From: an uncultured Acidobacteriota bacterium
GTDB lineage: Bacteria > Acidobacteriota > UBA6911
DNA: 64,000 bases
NCBI GenBank assembly: GCA_963843575.1
Contig: CAWJKZ010000012.1
Span: 128,001 to 192,000, forward strand
Direction: 5' to 3'
This document shows, one piece after another, positions 1 to 8,909 of the stretch. A program made the translations under genes and the position numbers. Within the stretch, counting starts at the first letter, position 1. Each line of letters opens with the position of its first letter. The notes beneath the pieces were generated by a model. That model did no database searches. It was not told the DNA's origin and saw only the letters and a list, made by a program, of their open reading frames with translations.

Positions 1-3000
1 GCCGCGATTCCGCCCACTGCACGCGCTCCGAGTCCATCCGGGCCGACATCTCCTGCAAGTCGGTCCGCACCGCCAGGAGCGCCGACTCGGTATCCCGCCG
101 CGCATCGACAGCCGCCTGCAGCTGCTCCTCGAGCTGCTGCCGCGTCGAGACCCACCCCGCACGCTCCATTTCCAGCTGGCTCGAGGCCTCCTGACGCGCC
201 GCCTGCGCTTCCGTCAAGAGGGCTTCCGCAGCGGCATTCACTTCGCGCTCGAACTGCTGCCGCGACGCCGCCCATTCCGCGTGCTCCGCTTCCATTCGGC
301 TCGCCAGTTCCTGCTCTGCCGACTTCGCCTCCGCAAGGGCGGATTCCGCCGCAGCACGCGCCGCCGCCGCCGCCTTCGCCTCGTCCTCGAGGCCCTGCCG
401 TGAGGCTGCCCATTCGGCCCGCTCCCTCTCCAGCCGGCTCGCCCACTCCTGCTCTGCCGCCTTCGCCTCCGTAAGGGCGGACTCCGCCGCAGTACGCGCC
501 GCCACCGCCGCCTTCGCCTCGTCTTCGAGGCCCAGCCGCGAGGCTGTCCACTGCGCGCCTTCCGCCTCCAGCCGGCTTGTCAATTCCTGCAGCGCCGCCT
601 GTGCCGCAGCCAGCGTCTGTTCCGCTATAGCCCGAGCCTCGGCCGAGGCTTGCGCCTCCCGCTCGGATTGCTCCCGCGACGCCGCCCACTCCGCGCGCTC
701 CGCTGCCAGCCGGTTCACCACATCCTGCTGCGCCGCAGCCAAGGCGGATTCCGCGGCCGCGCGCGCTTCCGCCGCCGACTTCGCTTCGTCCTCGAGCCGC
801 TGTCGCGCGGCCGTCCATTCGGCCCGTTCCGTCTCCAGCCGGCTCGCCGCTTCCTGCTGCGCCGCCTGCGCCGCCGCCAGGGCGGACTCCGCGGCCGTGC
901 GCGCCTCCGCGGCCGACTTCGCCTCGTCCTCGAGCCGCTGTCGCGCGGCCGTCCATTCGGCCCGCTCCGCCTCCAGCCGGCTCGCCGCTTCCTGCTGCGC
1001 CGCCTGCGCCGCCGCCAGGGCGGACTCCGCGGCCGTGCGCGCCTCCGCGGCCGACTTCGCCTCGTCCTCGAGCCGCTGTCGCGCGGCCGTCCATTCGGCC
1101 CGCTCCGCCTCCAGCCGGCTCGCCGCTTCCTGCTGCACCGCCTGTGCCGCCGCCAGGGCGGACTCCGCGGCCGCGCGCGCCTCCGCCGCCGACTTCGCCT
1201 CGTCCTCGAGCCGCTGTCGCGCGGCCGTCCATTCGGCCCGTTCCGTCTCCAGCCGGCTCGCCGCTTCCTGCTGCGCCGCCTGCGCCGCCGCCAGGGCGGA
1301 CTCCGCGGCCGTGCGCGCCTCCGCAGCCGACTTCGCCTCGTCCTCGAGCCGCTGTCGCGCGGCCGTCCATTCGGCCCGCTCCGCCTCCAGCCGGCTCGCC
1401 GCTTCCTGCTGCACCGCCTGTGCCGCCGCCAGGGCGGACTCCGCGGCCGTGCGCGCCTCCGCGGCCGACTTCGCCTCGTCCTCGAGCCGCTGTCGCGCGG
1501 CCGTCCATTCGGCCCGTTCCGTCTCCAGCCGGCTCGCCGCTTCCTGCTGTGCCGCCTGCGCCGCCGCCAGGGCGGACTCCGCGGCCGTGCGCGCCTCCGC
1601 AGCCGACTTCGCCTCGTCCTCGAGCCGCTGTCGCGCGGCCGTCCATTCGGCCCGCTCCGTCTCCAGCCGGCTCGCCGCTTCCTGCTGCGCCGCCTGCGCC
1701 GCCGCCAGGGCGGACTCCGCGGCCGTGCGCGCCTCCGCAGCCGACTTCGCCTCGTCCTCGAGCCGCTGTCGCGCGGCCGTCCATTCGGCCCGCTCCGCCT
1801 CCAGCCGGCTCGCCGCTTCCTGCTGCACCGCCTGTGCCGCCGCCAGGGCGGACTCCGCGGCCGTGCGCGCCTCCGCAGCCGACTTCGCCTCGTCCTCGAG
1901 CCGCTGTCGCGCGGCCGTCCATTCGGCCTCCAAACGGCTCGCCGCTTCCTGCTGCGCCGCCTGCGCCGCTGCGCCCGCTTCTACCGAGGCTTTCGCTTCG
2001 TCCTCGAACCGCTGTCGCGCAGCCGCCCACTCGGCGCGTTCCGTTTCCAGCCGGCTAATCAGCTCCTCCCGGGCCGTGCGCGCAGACTCGGCCGCCTCCT
2101 GTGCGGCCGCGCTCCCAAGCGATTGCTGTTCCAGTTGCTGCCGGACCGCGGTCCATTGCGTTCGCTCCGACTCGAACGCCGCGCGTTCTCTTTCCAGATC
2201 CAGAACTTTCTGCTCGGCAGCGCCGAGTCTCGCCTGCCAGTCCCGGCGTTCCTCGTCGAACTTCGCCGAGGATTGTGCTCCGGTCAACTGGGCAGCCTCG
2301 ATGGCCTGGTCCAGGGTCCCGCACTGACTTTCCGCGGCCGCGACACGGGACTCGAGTTCGCGCAAGGTTCTTTCCCAGCGTTCGCGGTCCTGCGTCTGCT
2401 CGCTTCCGTTCGACCGCGTCGTTTCGAGCGAATGCTCCAAGGCGGCCCGCTGCTCTTCCGCCAGCTTCAGCCTCTTTTCCAGGTCCTGACGCGCACCGTC
2501 CCACTCGCCGCGCAGTCCCCTAATTTTCTCAATGATCCTCGCCTCTACCGATTGCTGGGCCCGGAGGCCGCGCTCCAGCTCCGCACACCGCTCTTCGGCG
2601 GCCCTGAGCTTTTCCTCCACTTCGCGGGTCCGCGCGTCGGCGTCGCGGCCGTTGGCGCCCTCGGTCCCGGAAGGAACAGCGTCGCTGATGACGGCGAGCA
2701 TGAACGGCGCGCTGCCGGGATCGCGCTGAAACGGCACCCCGCGCAAATCCTGACGGCGCTCGACGCCATCGAATCCGGTCCAGTCCAGGTGAAACGATCC
2801 CGGGTGCCCGGCGCACACGGCCTTGAGAAACGGGTGGAACCTGGCCTGAGATTCCGCAGGCAACAGGGAGGCGAACTCCTTGCCCACGACCTGATCGAGA
2901 CGCTGCGCCCCGACTTGCCCCAAGCCGGCCCAGTTCAGCGCCATGATGGTCCCGTCGGGAGCGACCATGACCACGCAGGCGGGCATCTGCTCGATGATGA

Positions 3001-3409
3001 GGCGCAGGCGGTCTTCGCCGCGCTGGCCGGGCGATTTGTCCTGAGTTCCCGTGAGACGCTGAAGCGAGCGCGTAAGCCGCTCGAGATACCCGCCGGACTT
3101 TACGAGTGATTCGTCGGCTCCGGCCTGGAGGTTCTGATCGGGAGTTTCGGCGTCGGCAAGCCCGGTCAGCACCACGATCACCGGGGCTGGCCCGGCGGTC
3201 CGGACCTTGCGCACGAGCTCGATCGAGTCCTGGCCGAGCGAAGCCTGGTCCAGCAGGAGGACGTCACTCGGCCCCAACCCTTCCAGCCGGGTCAAAGCAG
3301 CGTCCGTGGACGGGGAAACCGAGATCTGCATTTGCGGGAGCATGCGCGCGAGTTCGTGTTCGACGAAATCGCCGTCCCGCAAATCACGCGTCACGTACAG
3401 GATCTTCAT
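1..3409 (-). CDS. Receiver (REC)-PAS-long coiled-coil repeat protein, 3' end beyond the window (>1130 aa)
   Basis: Hand translation from ATG at 3409. MKILYVTRD...DVLLLDQAS...VVLTG...ADESLVKSG is receiver-like. RLRLIIEQMPACVVMVAPDGTIMALNWAG...VVGKEFASLL is PAS-like. An E/A/R/Q-rich helical region follows. Trp codons at 1919, 815 and 14 stay in frame. Not in the ORF track because no stop falls inside the window. Confidence 0.85.
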   Translation of the reverse strand, partial: MKILYVTRDLRDGDFVEHELARMLPQMQISVSPSTDAALTRLEGLGPSDVLLLDQASLGQDSIELVRKVRTAGPAPVIVVLTGLADAETPDQNLQAGADESLVKSGGYLERLTRSLQRLTGTQDKSPGQRGEDRLRLIIEQMPACVVMVAPDGTIMALNWAGLGQVGAQRLDQVVGKEFASLLPAESQARFHPFLKAVCAGHPGSFHLDWTGFDGVERRQDLRGVPFQRDPGSAPFMLAVISDAVPSGTEGANGRDADARTREVEEKLRAAEERCAELERGLRAQQSVEARIIEKIRGLRGEWDGARQDLEKRLKLAEEQRAALEHSLETTRSNGSEQTQDRERWERTLRELESRVAAAESQCGTLDQAIEAAQLTGAQSSAKFDEERRDWQARLGAAEQKVLDLERERAAFESERTQWTAVRQQLEQQSLGSAAAQEAAESARTAREELISRLETERAEWAAARQRFEDEAKASVEAGAAAQAAQQEAASRLEAEWTAARQRLEDEAKSAAEARTAAESALAAAQAVQQEAASRLEAERAEWTAARQRLEDEAKSAAEARTAAESALAAAQAAQQEAASRLETERAEWTAARQRLEDEAKSAAEARTAAESALAAAQAAQQEAASRLETERAEWTAARQRLEDEAKSAAEARTAAESALAAAQAVQQEAASRLEAERAEWTAARQRLEDEAKSAAEARTAAESALAAAQAAQQEAASRLETERAEWTAARQRLEDEAKSAAEARAAAESALAAAQAVQQEAASRLEAERAEWTAARQRLEDEAKSAAEARTAAESALAAAQAAQQEAASRLEAERAEWTAARQRLEDEAKSAAEARTAAESALAAAQAAQQEAASRLETERAEWTAARQRLEDEAKSAAEARAAAESALAAAQQDVVNRLAAERAEWAASREQSEREAQASAEARAIAEQTLAAAQAALQELTSRLEAEGAQWTASRLGLEDEAKAAVAARTAAESALTEAKAAEQEWASRLERERAEWAASRQGLEDEAKAAAAARAAAESALAEAKSAEQELASRMEAEHAEWAASRQQFEREVNAAAEALLTEAQAARQEASSQLEMERAGWVSTRQQLEEQLQAAVDARRDTESALLAVRTDLQEMSARMDSERVQWAESR
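724..1968 (-). repeat. Intragenic tandem array, about 9 near-identical 138-bp units encoding EWTAARQRLEDEAKSAAEARTAAESALAAAQAAQQEAASRLEAERA (46 aa); degenerate units on both sides
   Basis: The anchor CCATTCGGCC starts at 815, 953, 1091, 1229, 1367, 1505, 1643, 1781 and 1919, an exact 138-bp period. Degenerate Trp anchors lie near 14, 152, 272, 410, 548, 686, 2027 and 2153. Confidence 0.97.
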
Positions 3410-3440
3410 AGTTGACCCAGGAGCAGGAGCCTTCCGGTTT

Positions 3441-3986
3441 TTACCAGTTGTTCAGCCCGAACATGTCCCTCAACTCGTCGCCGCCATTCGGGGCGCTGGC
3501 CGTCACCATTACCATTCGCTCGGGTTCGTCTGGAGCCGCCACGGGCTCCGTTTGGGGGGACGACTCGGCGGCCGGCTGCTGCGGCTCCGCGGGCGGCGGT
3601 GCATTCCCCGCAGCGGCGTTATCCTCGGTGAATTGCGCGTCTGCGAGAAGAAACTCCTCGTCGAACTGCATTGCCGTGTGGAACCGGATCGTGGAACTGC
3701 CCACGACGGCCGTTCGGGAATAGACGACCCGCCCTTTCAACATCAGGATCGCCTCGGCCGTGACGATGCGCAGGCAGATGGGAGACTTGGGCGCGAGTCT
3801 GGCATCCGTCTCGATGAGGGCTCCCCCGCGGGACACGTTGATCAGATTGGCCTCGGGGCCCGCCACGATTCGGACCGCCTTCAGGTGTGGTATCACCGAA
3901 GGGGGTCTGCGCGGGTGCACCCTCTGCTCAATCCCCGACTTGGCAAATTTGGAGTGTACCTGGTTCGGCCGCATTGTTTCCCCCAC
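3441..3986 (-). CDS. PilZ-domain (c-di-GMP receptor-like) protein with acidic Pro-rich tail
   Basis: QRVHPRR (RxxxR) and NVSRGGAL ([D/N]xSxxG) motifs, followed by L.GRVV beta strands. Ends 31 bp upstream of the REC-PAS-coil gene. Confidence 0.8.
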   Translation of the reverse strand: MGETMRPNQVHSKFAKSGIEQRVHPRRPPSVIPHLKAVRIVAGPEANLINVSRGGALIETDARLAPKSPICLRIVTAEAILMLKGRVVYSRTAVVGSSTIRFHTAMQFDEEFLLADAQFTEDNAAAGNAPPPAEPQQPAAESSPQTEPVAAPDEPERMVMVTASAPNGGDELRDMFGLNNW

Positions 3987-4296
3987 AGACTCTCTTTGCG
4001 CCAGCCGCCGGACGCGAACGAAACTCCACCCCCGGAGCCCGGGCTCCTAAACGGTATCGGCAGGTTTTGCCGCACGTTTAGAAGCATTTGCGCCCGAGGG
4101 AAGGGGCGGTGCCGAGCTCGAATCGGGCTCTTTATTAATATCACAGAAGCACAAGAGTGAGGCCGTGGCTGAAGCGATTCGGCAGTGCGCGGCTCGGGGA
4201 GCGGGGAAGCTCCGGGACGTCCGCCGCACTTCACATCGTGGCGGGACTGAACGGGATGGCGGGGAAGCGGGGGTGAGGTGGGGGTGGGCGGGGCGC

Positions 4297-4320
4297 CGTA
4301 ACGACGCCCACGCCGTTACG
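4297..4320 (-). terminator. Hairpin directly downstream of the cold-shock gene
   Basis: Inverted repeat CGTAACGACG...CGCCGTTACG 4 bp after the stop. No clear U-tract. Confidence 0.4.
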
Positions 4321-4324
4321 ACGG

Positions 4325-4528
4325 TTAGATTTTCACGACTCTTTGCGCCTTCAGCCCTTTGGGACCGTGCTCGACGTCAAATTCGATCCTATCGCCTTCG
4401 TTCAGGGACTTGAAACCCGTGGCCTCGATGGCCGAGTGGTGTACGAAGATGTCGTCGCCGGAATCACGGCTGACGAATCCGTAGCCCTTCTCACTGTTAA
4501 ACCACTTCACTGTTCCTTGTTCTCTCAT
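4325..4528 (-). CDS. csp: Cold-shock protein (CspA family)
   Basis: [19 protein letters not shown]...DIFVHHSAI...[21 protein letters not shown] contains RNP1 and RNP2. The second Met is the likely start (67 aa). Confidence 0.97.
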   Translation of the reverse strand: MREQGTVKWFNSEKGYGFVSRDSGDDIFVHHSAIEATGFKSLNEGDRIEFDVEHGPKGLKAQRVVKI

Positions 4529-4604
4529 CTTTTCTCTTTCTGCTGATTTCCGCATGCGCGGGTGCTAATTGGGTCCTGCTGCCGCTCGGACCGCGATCGG
4601 CTGG

Positions 4605-4664
4605 TTAGCCCATAAACAAAAAACGCTGCGACCCCTCTCAGGAGTTGCAGCGCTTCTGGGCTAC
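4605..4664 (-). promoter_or_regulatory. Structured csp 5' leader with terminator-like hairpin and U6 tract
   Basis: The minus strand reads TAGCCCA-GAAGCGCTGCAACTCCT-GAG-AGGGGTCGCAGCG-TTTTTT-GTTTA-TGGGCTA. Confidence 0.6.
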
Positions 4665-4696
4665 CGGCGGCACAAAACCCTGATACGACACACGAA

Positions 4697-4725
4697 AGTA
4701 TACCGGAGAGAGGCCCGGCCTTCAA
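4697..4725 (-). promoter_or_regulatory. Sigma70-type promoter for csp
   Basis: TTGAAG-N17-TATACT on the minus strand, about 170 bp upstream of the csp start. Confidence 0.7.
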
Positions 4726-4780
4726 GAAAATGTCGCTGCCTCTCCTTCGCGGACGCCGCAGCCTCACACAGCCGGGCCGG

Positions 4781-7249
4781 TCAATGCCTTCCGGGGCCGA
4801 CGGCCGCGCCGGCAGCCCCGCTCCCGTGCGTGGCGGCGCGCAGCCTGGGGACCAGGCGGACGCGGTATTCGGTGGACTTCTCGATCGCGCGGCGCGAATA
4901 CAGCAGCGGAAAGTACTGCCCGGTCAGCCAGAGGGGGGCCAGGTCGCGGTAATGGGGATTGACCGGGTCGCCGGACTGGCCCGGATAGTTGACGGCACGC
5001 GAATTGTCCCAGTTGCCGACGTCGACCACGATCCTAAACGAAGGTCCGTTTGTCTGGCGGAAATCCTCGGGGCGGTACAGGGACTGGTTCGGGGTGCTCT
5101 CGCTGCCGTCCTTGGCAAACGGTCCGACATCGATCGATGTCCTCAGGCTCTCCTCGACGGCTCCGGAAAACGGATGCTCGCTTCGGTTGTAGTGCAAGCG
5201 GCCCCACTGCCACCTCGAGGCTTCGCTGCCCTGAAGACCGGCCAACTCGGCGTAAGCGGCGGACAGCGTCGACAGCAGCAGCGCGTCGCGGCGCTCCCCG
5301 GCCCCCTCCCCGAAAAGCTCCGCAGGGTTCTCGAGAGCATCCAGCATCACGCGCAGGTCGGTGGCAGCGACGGCCTCCGCCGCAGCGCCCGGGAGGACGG
5401 CGGACCGGAACCCGGGACGCAGATGGCGCGATAGCCACACCTCGAACAACGCGGCCGCGGCCGACTCGCGGTTGAGCCGGAAGTCCCAAGCCCGGAGGAG
5501 GGCCAGCGCCTCCACGGCCTGCGCGCCCGCGGATTTCAGCCCGGCGAGCAGGGTGACGAGCCTGCGCGCCGGGATCGAGAGGACGTCGTTCTGCAGGCGC
5601 TCGGAATCCTCGAGGGAGATCGCCGGGAGGGCGCCGAACACCTCCGCGATCCGCATGAAGCGCGACGGGTTGGTCCATTCGAAGCCGAGCTTGCGTTCGC
5701 GATAGGGGTAGTCCGGCGGCAGGTTCATCTGGTTGGCCGTGGCAAACCAGCCCTGCGGGGGGTTGCAGGCACCGGGCAGGTCGTCCCCTTTCCAGAAACC
5801 GCCCCACTCGTACCTGCCGTCTCCCGGGACGGGCAGCAGCCCGTCCCAGTTCGGCCTGATGGGCGCCATACCCCGGGGCAGCCAGCCAATGTTCCCCTTG
5901 GCGTCAGCGTAGACGTGATTGACCGTAGGTGCTCCCCAGCGGGTCAGCGCCGCCTTGAATTCCGTGAAATTGCGGGCGCGCATCGACTCGATGCTGCAGA
6001 GGTATGGCGACATCCCCGGCTCGAACCAGCACGAACGCAACGCAAAAGCGCGTCCCTGCTGCCGGTCCATGTAAATGACGGGACCGTGACGCGTGAAAGC
6101 CAGCTCGACCGGGACCGGGGAGCCGCGGCGGACCGCGATAGACTCGCGCACCGTACGGAACGATTCCCACCCCCCTCCGTACCTGTACTGCTGCGTGTTC
6201 CCGGGATTGAGCTCGTAGACGTACAGATCTTCCTGGTCGATGGGGAAAATCGTCAGCCCGAACGCGATGGTGCCGTTGTGGCCAATGTGGATGCCGGGGA
6301 GCGCGGGTTCCCCCGCGCCGATGACGTCCAGGCCCGGGGCGGACAGGTGGGCAATATAGCGCAGGCTGGGAGTCGAGTAGGCCCGGTGCGGGTCGTTCGC
6401 CATGATGGCCCGGCCCGTCGCGCTCTTCGCCGGCGCCACCACCCAGTTGTTGCTCCCTTCCAGGATTTCCTCTTCCGCGCCGCCAGCCGCAGGGAGGGCC
6501 ATCCCCACGGAGCCCGCCAGGAGAGCCCGCGTCAAACGCACCGGTTCCGTGGCCAGCTGGAAATCCGCCGTGACCTGACGCGGTAAGCAGAGGTCCAGCC
6601 GCTCGGGGGCCAGCGTTTCCCAGGGGGGCTGCAACCCGGAGCGGATCCGGTCGGGCGCCAGGCCGGCCGCGCACGCGGTGCGCGCACGCGCGACCTCCGA
6701 CAACAGGTTGCGGGTCAACCCATGGCTGCGAATCCGCACCACGTCGCCGGGCTCCCACCGCGCCGGCGCGTAGCCGAAGGTTTTGAACTCCCAGGGGAGC
6801 TGCTCCGGGTGTTCGGCGAGCTGGTCGATGAAGGCGTTTATCCCTTCCGTGAACGCCTCCACCGTCTGCCGGACTCGCCGCGCGTGCCCCGGCGCGTACG
6901 CCTCCCATTCGGCAGCGAGTGCCCCGCGGTACAGGAAGAGGCGGGCGGCCCGATCCTGCTCGATGAATGCCGGGCCGAATGCCTCGCTGAGCCTGCCCAG
7001 GCCCCGCCGGCGCCAGAGGTCGAGCTGAAAGAGCCTGTCGCACGCCGCGTTGAAGCCCTGCGCGAAGAAGAGATCGTGCTCGTTCCGGGCGAAGATATGC
7101 GGGACACCCCAACGGTCCACCAGGATCTCCACCGGCTTTTGAAGACCGTGCAGACCGACAACACCAGGAGCCTCCGCTGCCAAGGCCACTCCGCAGCCGG
7201 CCGCCAACCCCGCCAACACCACCACCGCAAGAGCAAAGCGTCGCCGCAT
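4781..7249 (-). CDS. Penicillin acylase family (Ntn-hydrolase, S45) secreted amidase
   Basis: Signal peptide MRRRFALAVVV; DRWGVPHIFA; DRLFQLDLWRR; nucleophile motif GSNNWVV; ANDPH; PGQSG.P..PHY.D. Confidence 0.93.
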   Translation of the reverse strand: MRRRFALAVVVLAGLAAGCGVALAAEAPGVVGLHGLQKPVEILVDRWGVPHIFARNEHDLFFAQGFNAACDRLFQLDLWRRRGLGRLSEAFGPAFIEQDRAARLFLYRGALAAEWEAYAPGHARRVRQTVEAFTEGINAFIDQLAEHPEQLPWEFKTFGYAPARWEPGDVVRIRSHGLTRNLLSEVARARTACAAGLAPDRIRSGLQPPWETLAPERLDLCLPRQVTADFQLATEPVRLTRALLAGSVGMALPAAGGAEEEILEGSNNWVVAPAKSATGRAIMANDPHRAYSTPSLRYIAHLSAPGLDVIGAGEPALPGIHIGHNGTIAFGLTIFPIDQEDLYVYELNPGNTQQYRYGGGWESFRTVRESIAVRRGSPVPVELAFTRHGPVIYMDRQQGRAFALRSCWFEPGMSPYLCSIESMRARNFTEFKAALTRWGAPTVNHVYADAKGNIGWLPRGMAPIRPNWDGLLPVPGDGRYEWGGFWKGDDLPGACNPPQGWFATANQMNLPPDYPYRERKLGFEWTNPSRFMRIAEVFGALPAISLEDSERLQNDVLSIPARRLVTLLAGLKSAGAQAVEALALLRAWDFRLNRESAAAALFEVWLSRHLRPGFRSAVLPGAAAEAVAATDLRVMLDALENPAELFGEGAGERRDALLLSTLSAAYAELAGLQGSEASRWQWGRLHYNRSEHPFSGAVEESLRTSIDVGPFAKDGSESTPNQSLYRPEDFRQTNGPSFRIVVDVGNWDNSRAVNYPGQSGDPVNPHYRDLAPLWLTGQYFPLLYSRRAIEKSTEYRVRLVPRLRAATHGSGAAGAAVGPGRH

Positions 7250-7502
7250 GGCACGACCTTTCAGGAAAGCCGCGAGCATTCGAGGCTCCTGGAGCTCCGG
7301 AAGCGAGTCAAACGGCTCACCTCGGAAGCCCAAGGTCCTCGAATTGTCTCAGCAGGTCCGGCCGAGGCGCGAGCGCTTCAGCCTGCGCCATGGTAGTACA
7401 GGTCGGCCGGAACCACAGTGGGTTCGGGGATGGGAGGTTTTAGCTTGCCCCGGGCCGACGGAAGCCCTATACAATGACCGCTCCACTTCGGCGAGGCGAA
7501 TC

Positions 7503-8900
7503 ATGGGCGGTCTTTTTGCCGTCGCGTCCGGCGACGACTGCGTTGCGGATCTCTTCTACGGGACGGATTACCACTCCCACCTCGGCACGCGGCGCGGCGG
7601 GCTGGCCGTGATCAAGGGCGGTCACATACACCGCTATATCCATGACATCAGCAACGCCCAGTTCCGCTCGAAGTTCGAGGAGGACGTCCGCAAGCTACAC
7701 GGCAACAGCGGCATCGGCGTCATCAGCGACTACGACGACCAGCCTGTGATTATCCGCTCGCACCTGGGGACCTACGCGATCGTCACGGTGGGGATCGTGA
7801 CGAACGCGGCCAAGCTCGCGGACGTCGCGTACAGAGGGCGCGCCCACTTCGCCGAGATGGGCGGGGGCGAGGTGAACCAGACCGAGCTGGTGGCGACCGT
7901 TATAAACCAAGAGGCCTCCTTCGAAGAGGGGCTGCGGAGCGCGGTCGGAGCCATCGAGGGCTCGTGCTCGATCGTGCTGCTCACCGAGCGCGGCATCTAC
8001 GCTGCGCGCGACCGGCTTGGCAGGACCCCGGTCGTCATCGGGCGAAAGGAAGGCTCCTACGCGGCGACGATGGAGACGTGCGCGTTCCCGAACCTCGGGT
8101 TCGAGATCGAACGCTACCTCGGCCCGGGCGAGGTGGTCCGCTTCACCGAAGGCCACCTAGAACAGTGCAGCAAGCCGGGGGACCGGCTGCAGATCTGCGC
8201 CTTTCTCTGGGTCTATTACGGGTATCCCGCATCCTCCTACGAAGGCATCAACGTCGAGGCGACCCGCTACCGATGCGGGGCGGCGCTGGCGCGCAACGAC
8301 CTGGTCCAGGTCGATTGCGTGGCGGGCATCCCGGACTCCGGGGTCGCCCACGCGATCGGGTACGCCAACACAGCCCGGATCCCTTACACCCGCCCCTATG
8401 TGAAGTACACGCCCACATGGCCCCGCAGCTTCATGCCCACCGACCAGAGGGTCCGGACGCTCGTCGCCCGCATGAAGCTCATCCCCATCCGGGAGCTCAT
8501 CGAGGGGAAGCGCATCCTGTTCGCGGACGACTCGATCGTCCGCGGGACGCAGCTCTCGGACACCATACGCCGGCTCTACGATTCCGGCGCCCGGGAGATC
8601 CACATGCGCCCCGCCTGCCCGCCCCTGGTGTTCGGCTGCAAGTTCCTGAACTTCTCGCGTTCGCGCTCGGCGCTGGACCTCGTCGGGCGGACGGCGATCA
8701 AGGAACTGGAAGGAAAGGACGACGCGCACCTGGCCGAATACTCGGACCCCGGCAGCCCAAGGCACTGCGCCATGGTCGACCTCATCCGGGCGCGGCTCCA
8801 CCTCTCCACCCTGCAGTACCAGAAGCTGCCGGATCTCGTCGAGGCGATCGGACTGCCGAAGGAGCGGCTCTGCACCTACTGCTGGGATGGCGCCGAGTAG
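7503..8900 (+). CDS. purF: Amidophosphoribosyltransferase, variant lacking catalytic Cys1
   Basis: ARDRLGRTP, GIPDSG, PRPP loop DDSIVRGT, and Fe-S-type cysteines (ICAF, GCKF, CTYCW). N-terminus MGGLFAV. Confidence 0.9.
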   Translation: MGGLFAVASGDDCVADLFYGTDYHSHLGTRRGGLAVIKGGHIHRYIHDISNAQFRSKFEEDVRKLHGNSGIGVISDYDDQPVIIRSHLGTYAIVTVGIVTNAAKLADVAYRGRAHFAEMGGGEVNQTELVATVINQEASFEEGLRSAVGAIEGSCSIVLLTERGIYAARDRLGRTPVVIGRKEGSYAATMETCAFPNLGFEIERYLGPGEVVRFTEGHLEQCSKPGDRLQICAFLWVYYGYPASSYEGINVEATRYRCGAALARNDLVQVDCVAGIPDSGVAHAIGYANTARIPYTRPYVKYTPTWPRSFMPTDQRVRTLVARMKLIPIRELIEGKRILFADDSIVRGTQLSDTIRRLYDSGAREIHMRPACPPLVFGCKFLNFSRSRSALDLVGRTAIKELEGKDDAHLAEYSDPGSPRHCAMVDLIRARLHLSTLQYQKLPDLVEAIGLPKERLCTYCWDGAE

Positions 8901-8909
8901 CCCTCGACG

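Noticed and set aside
724-1968. Possible CRISPR array
   Set aside because: The units are contiguous 138-bp coding repeats without unique spacers, and no cas genes are present.
650-3109. Long plus-strand ORFs (819, 476 and 304 aa) over the repeat array
   Set aside because: These are antisense shadows of the minus-strand coiled-coil gene. They have Arg/Pro/Ser-skewed composition and no recognisable domains.
7539-7541. Cys13 of PurF as a B. subtilis-like post-propeptide nucleophile
   Set aside because: By-eye alignment places Gly2, not Cys13, at the Cys1 position, and the other glutaminase residues are also lost.
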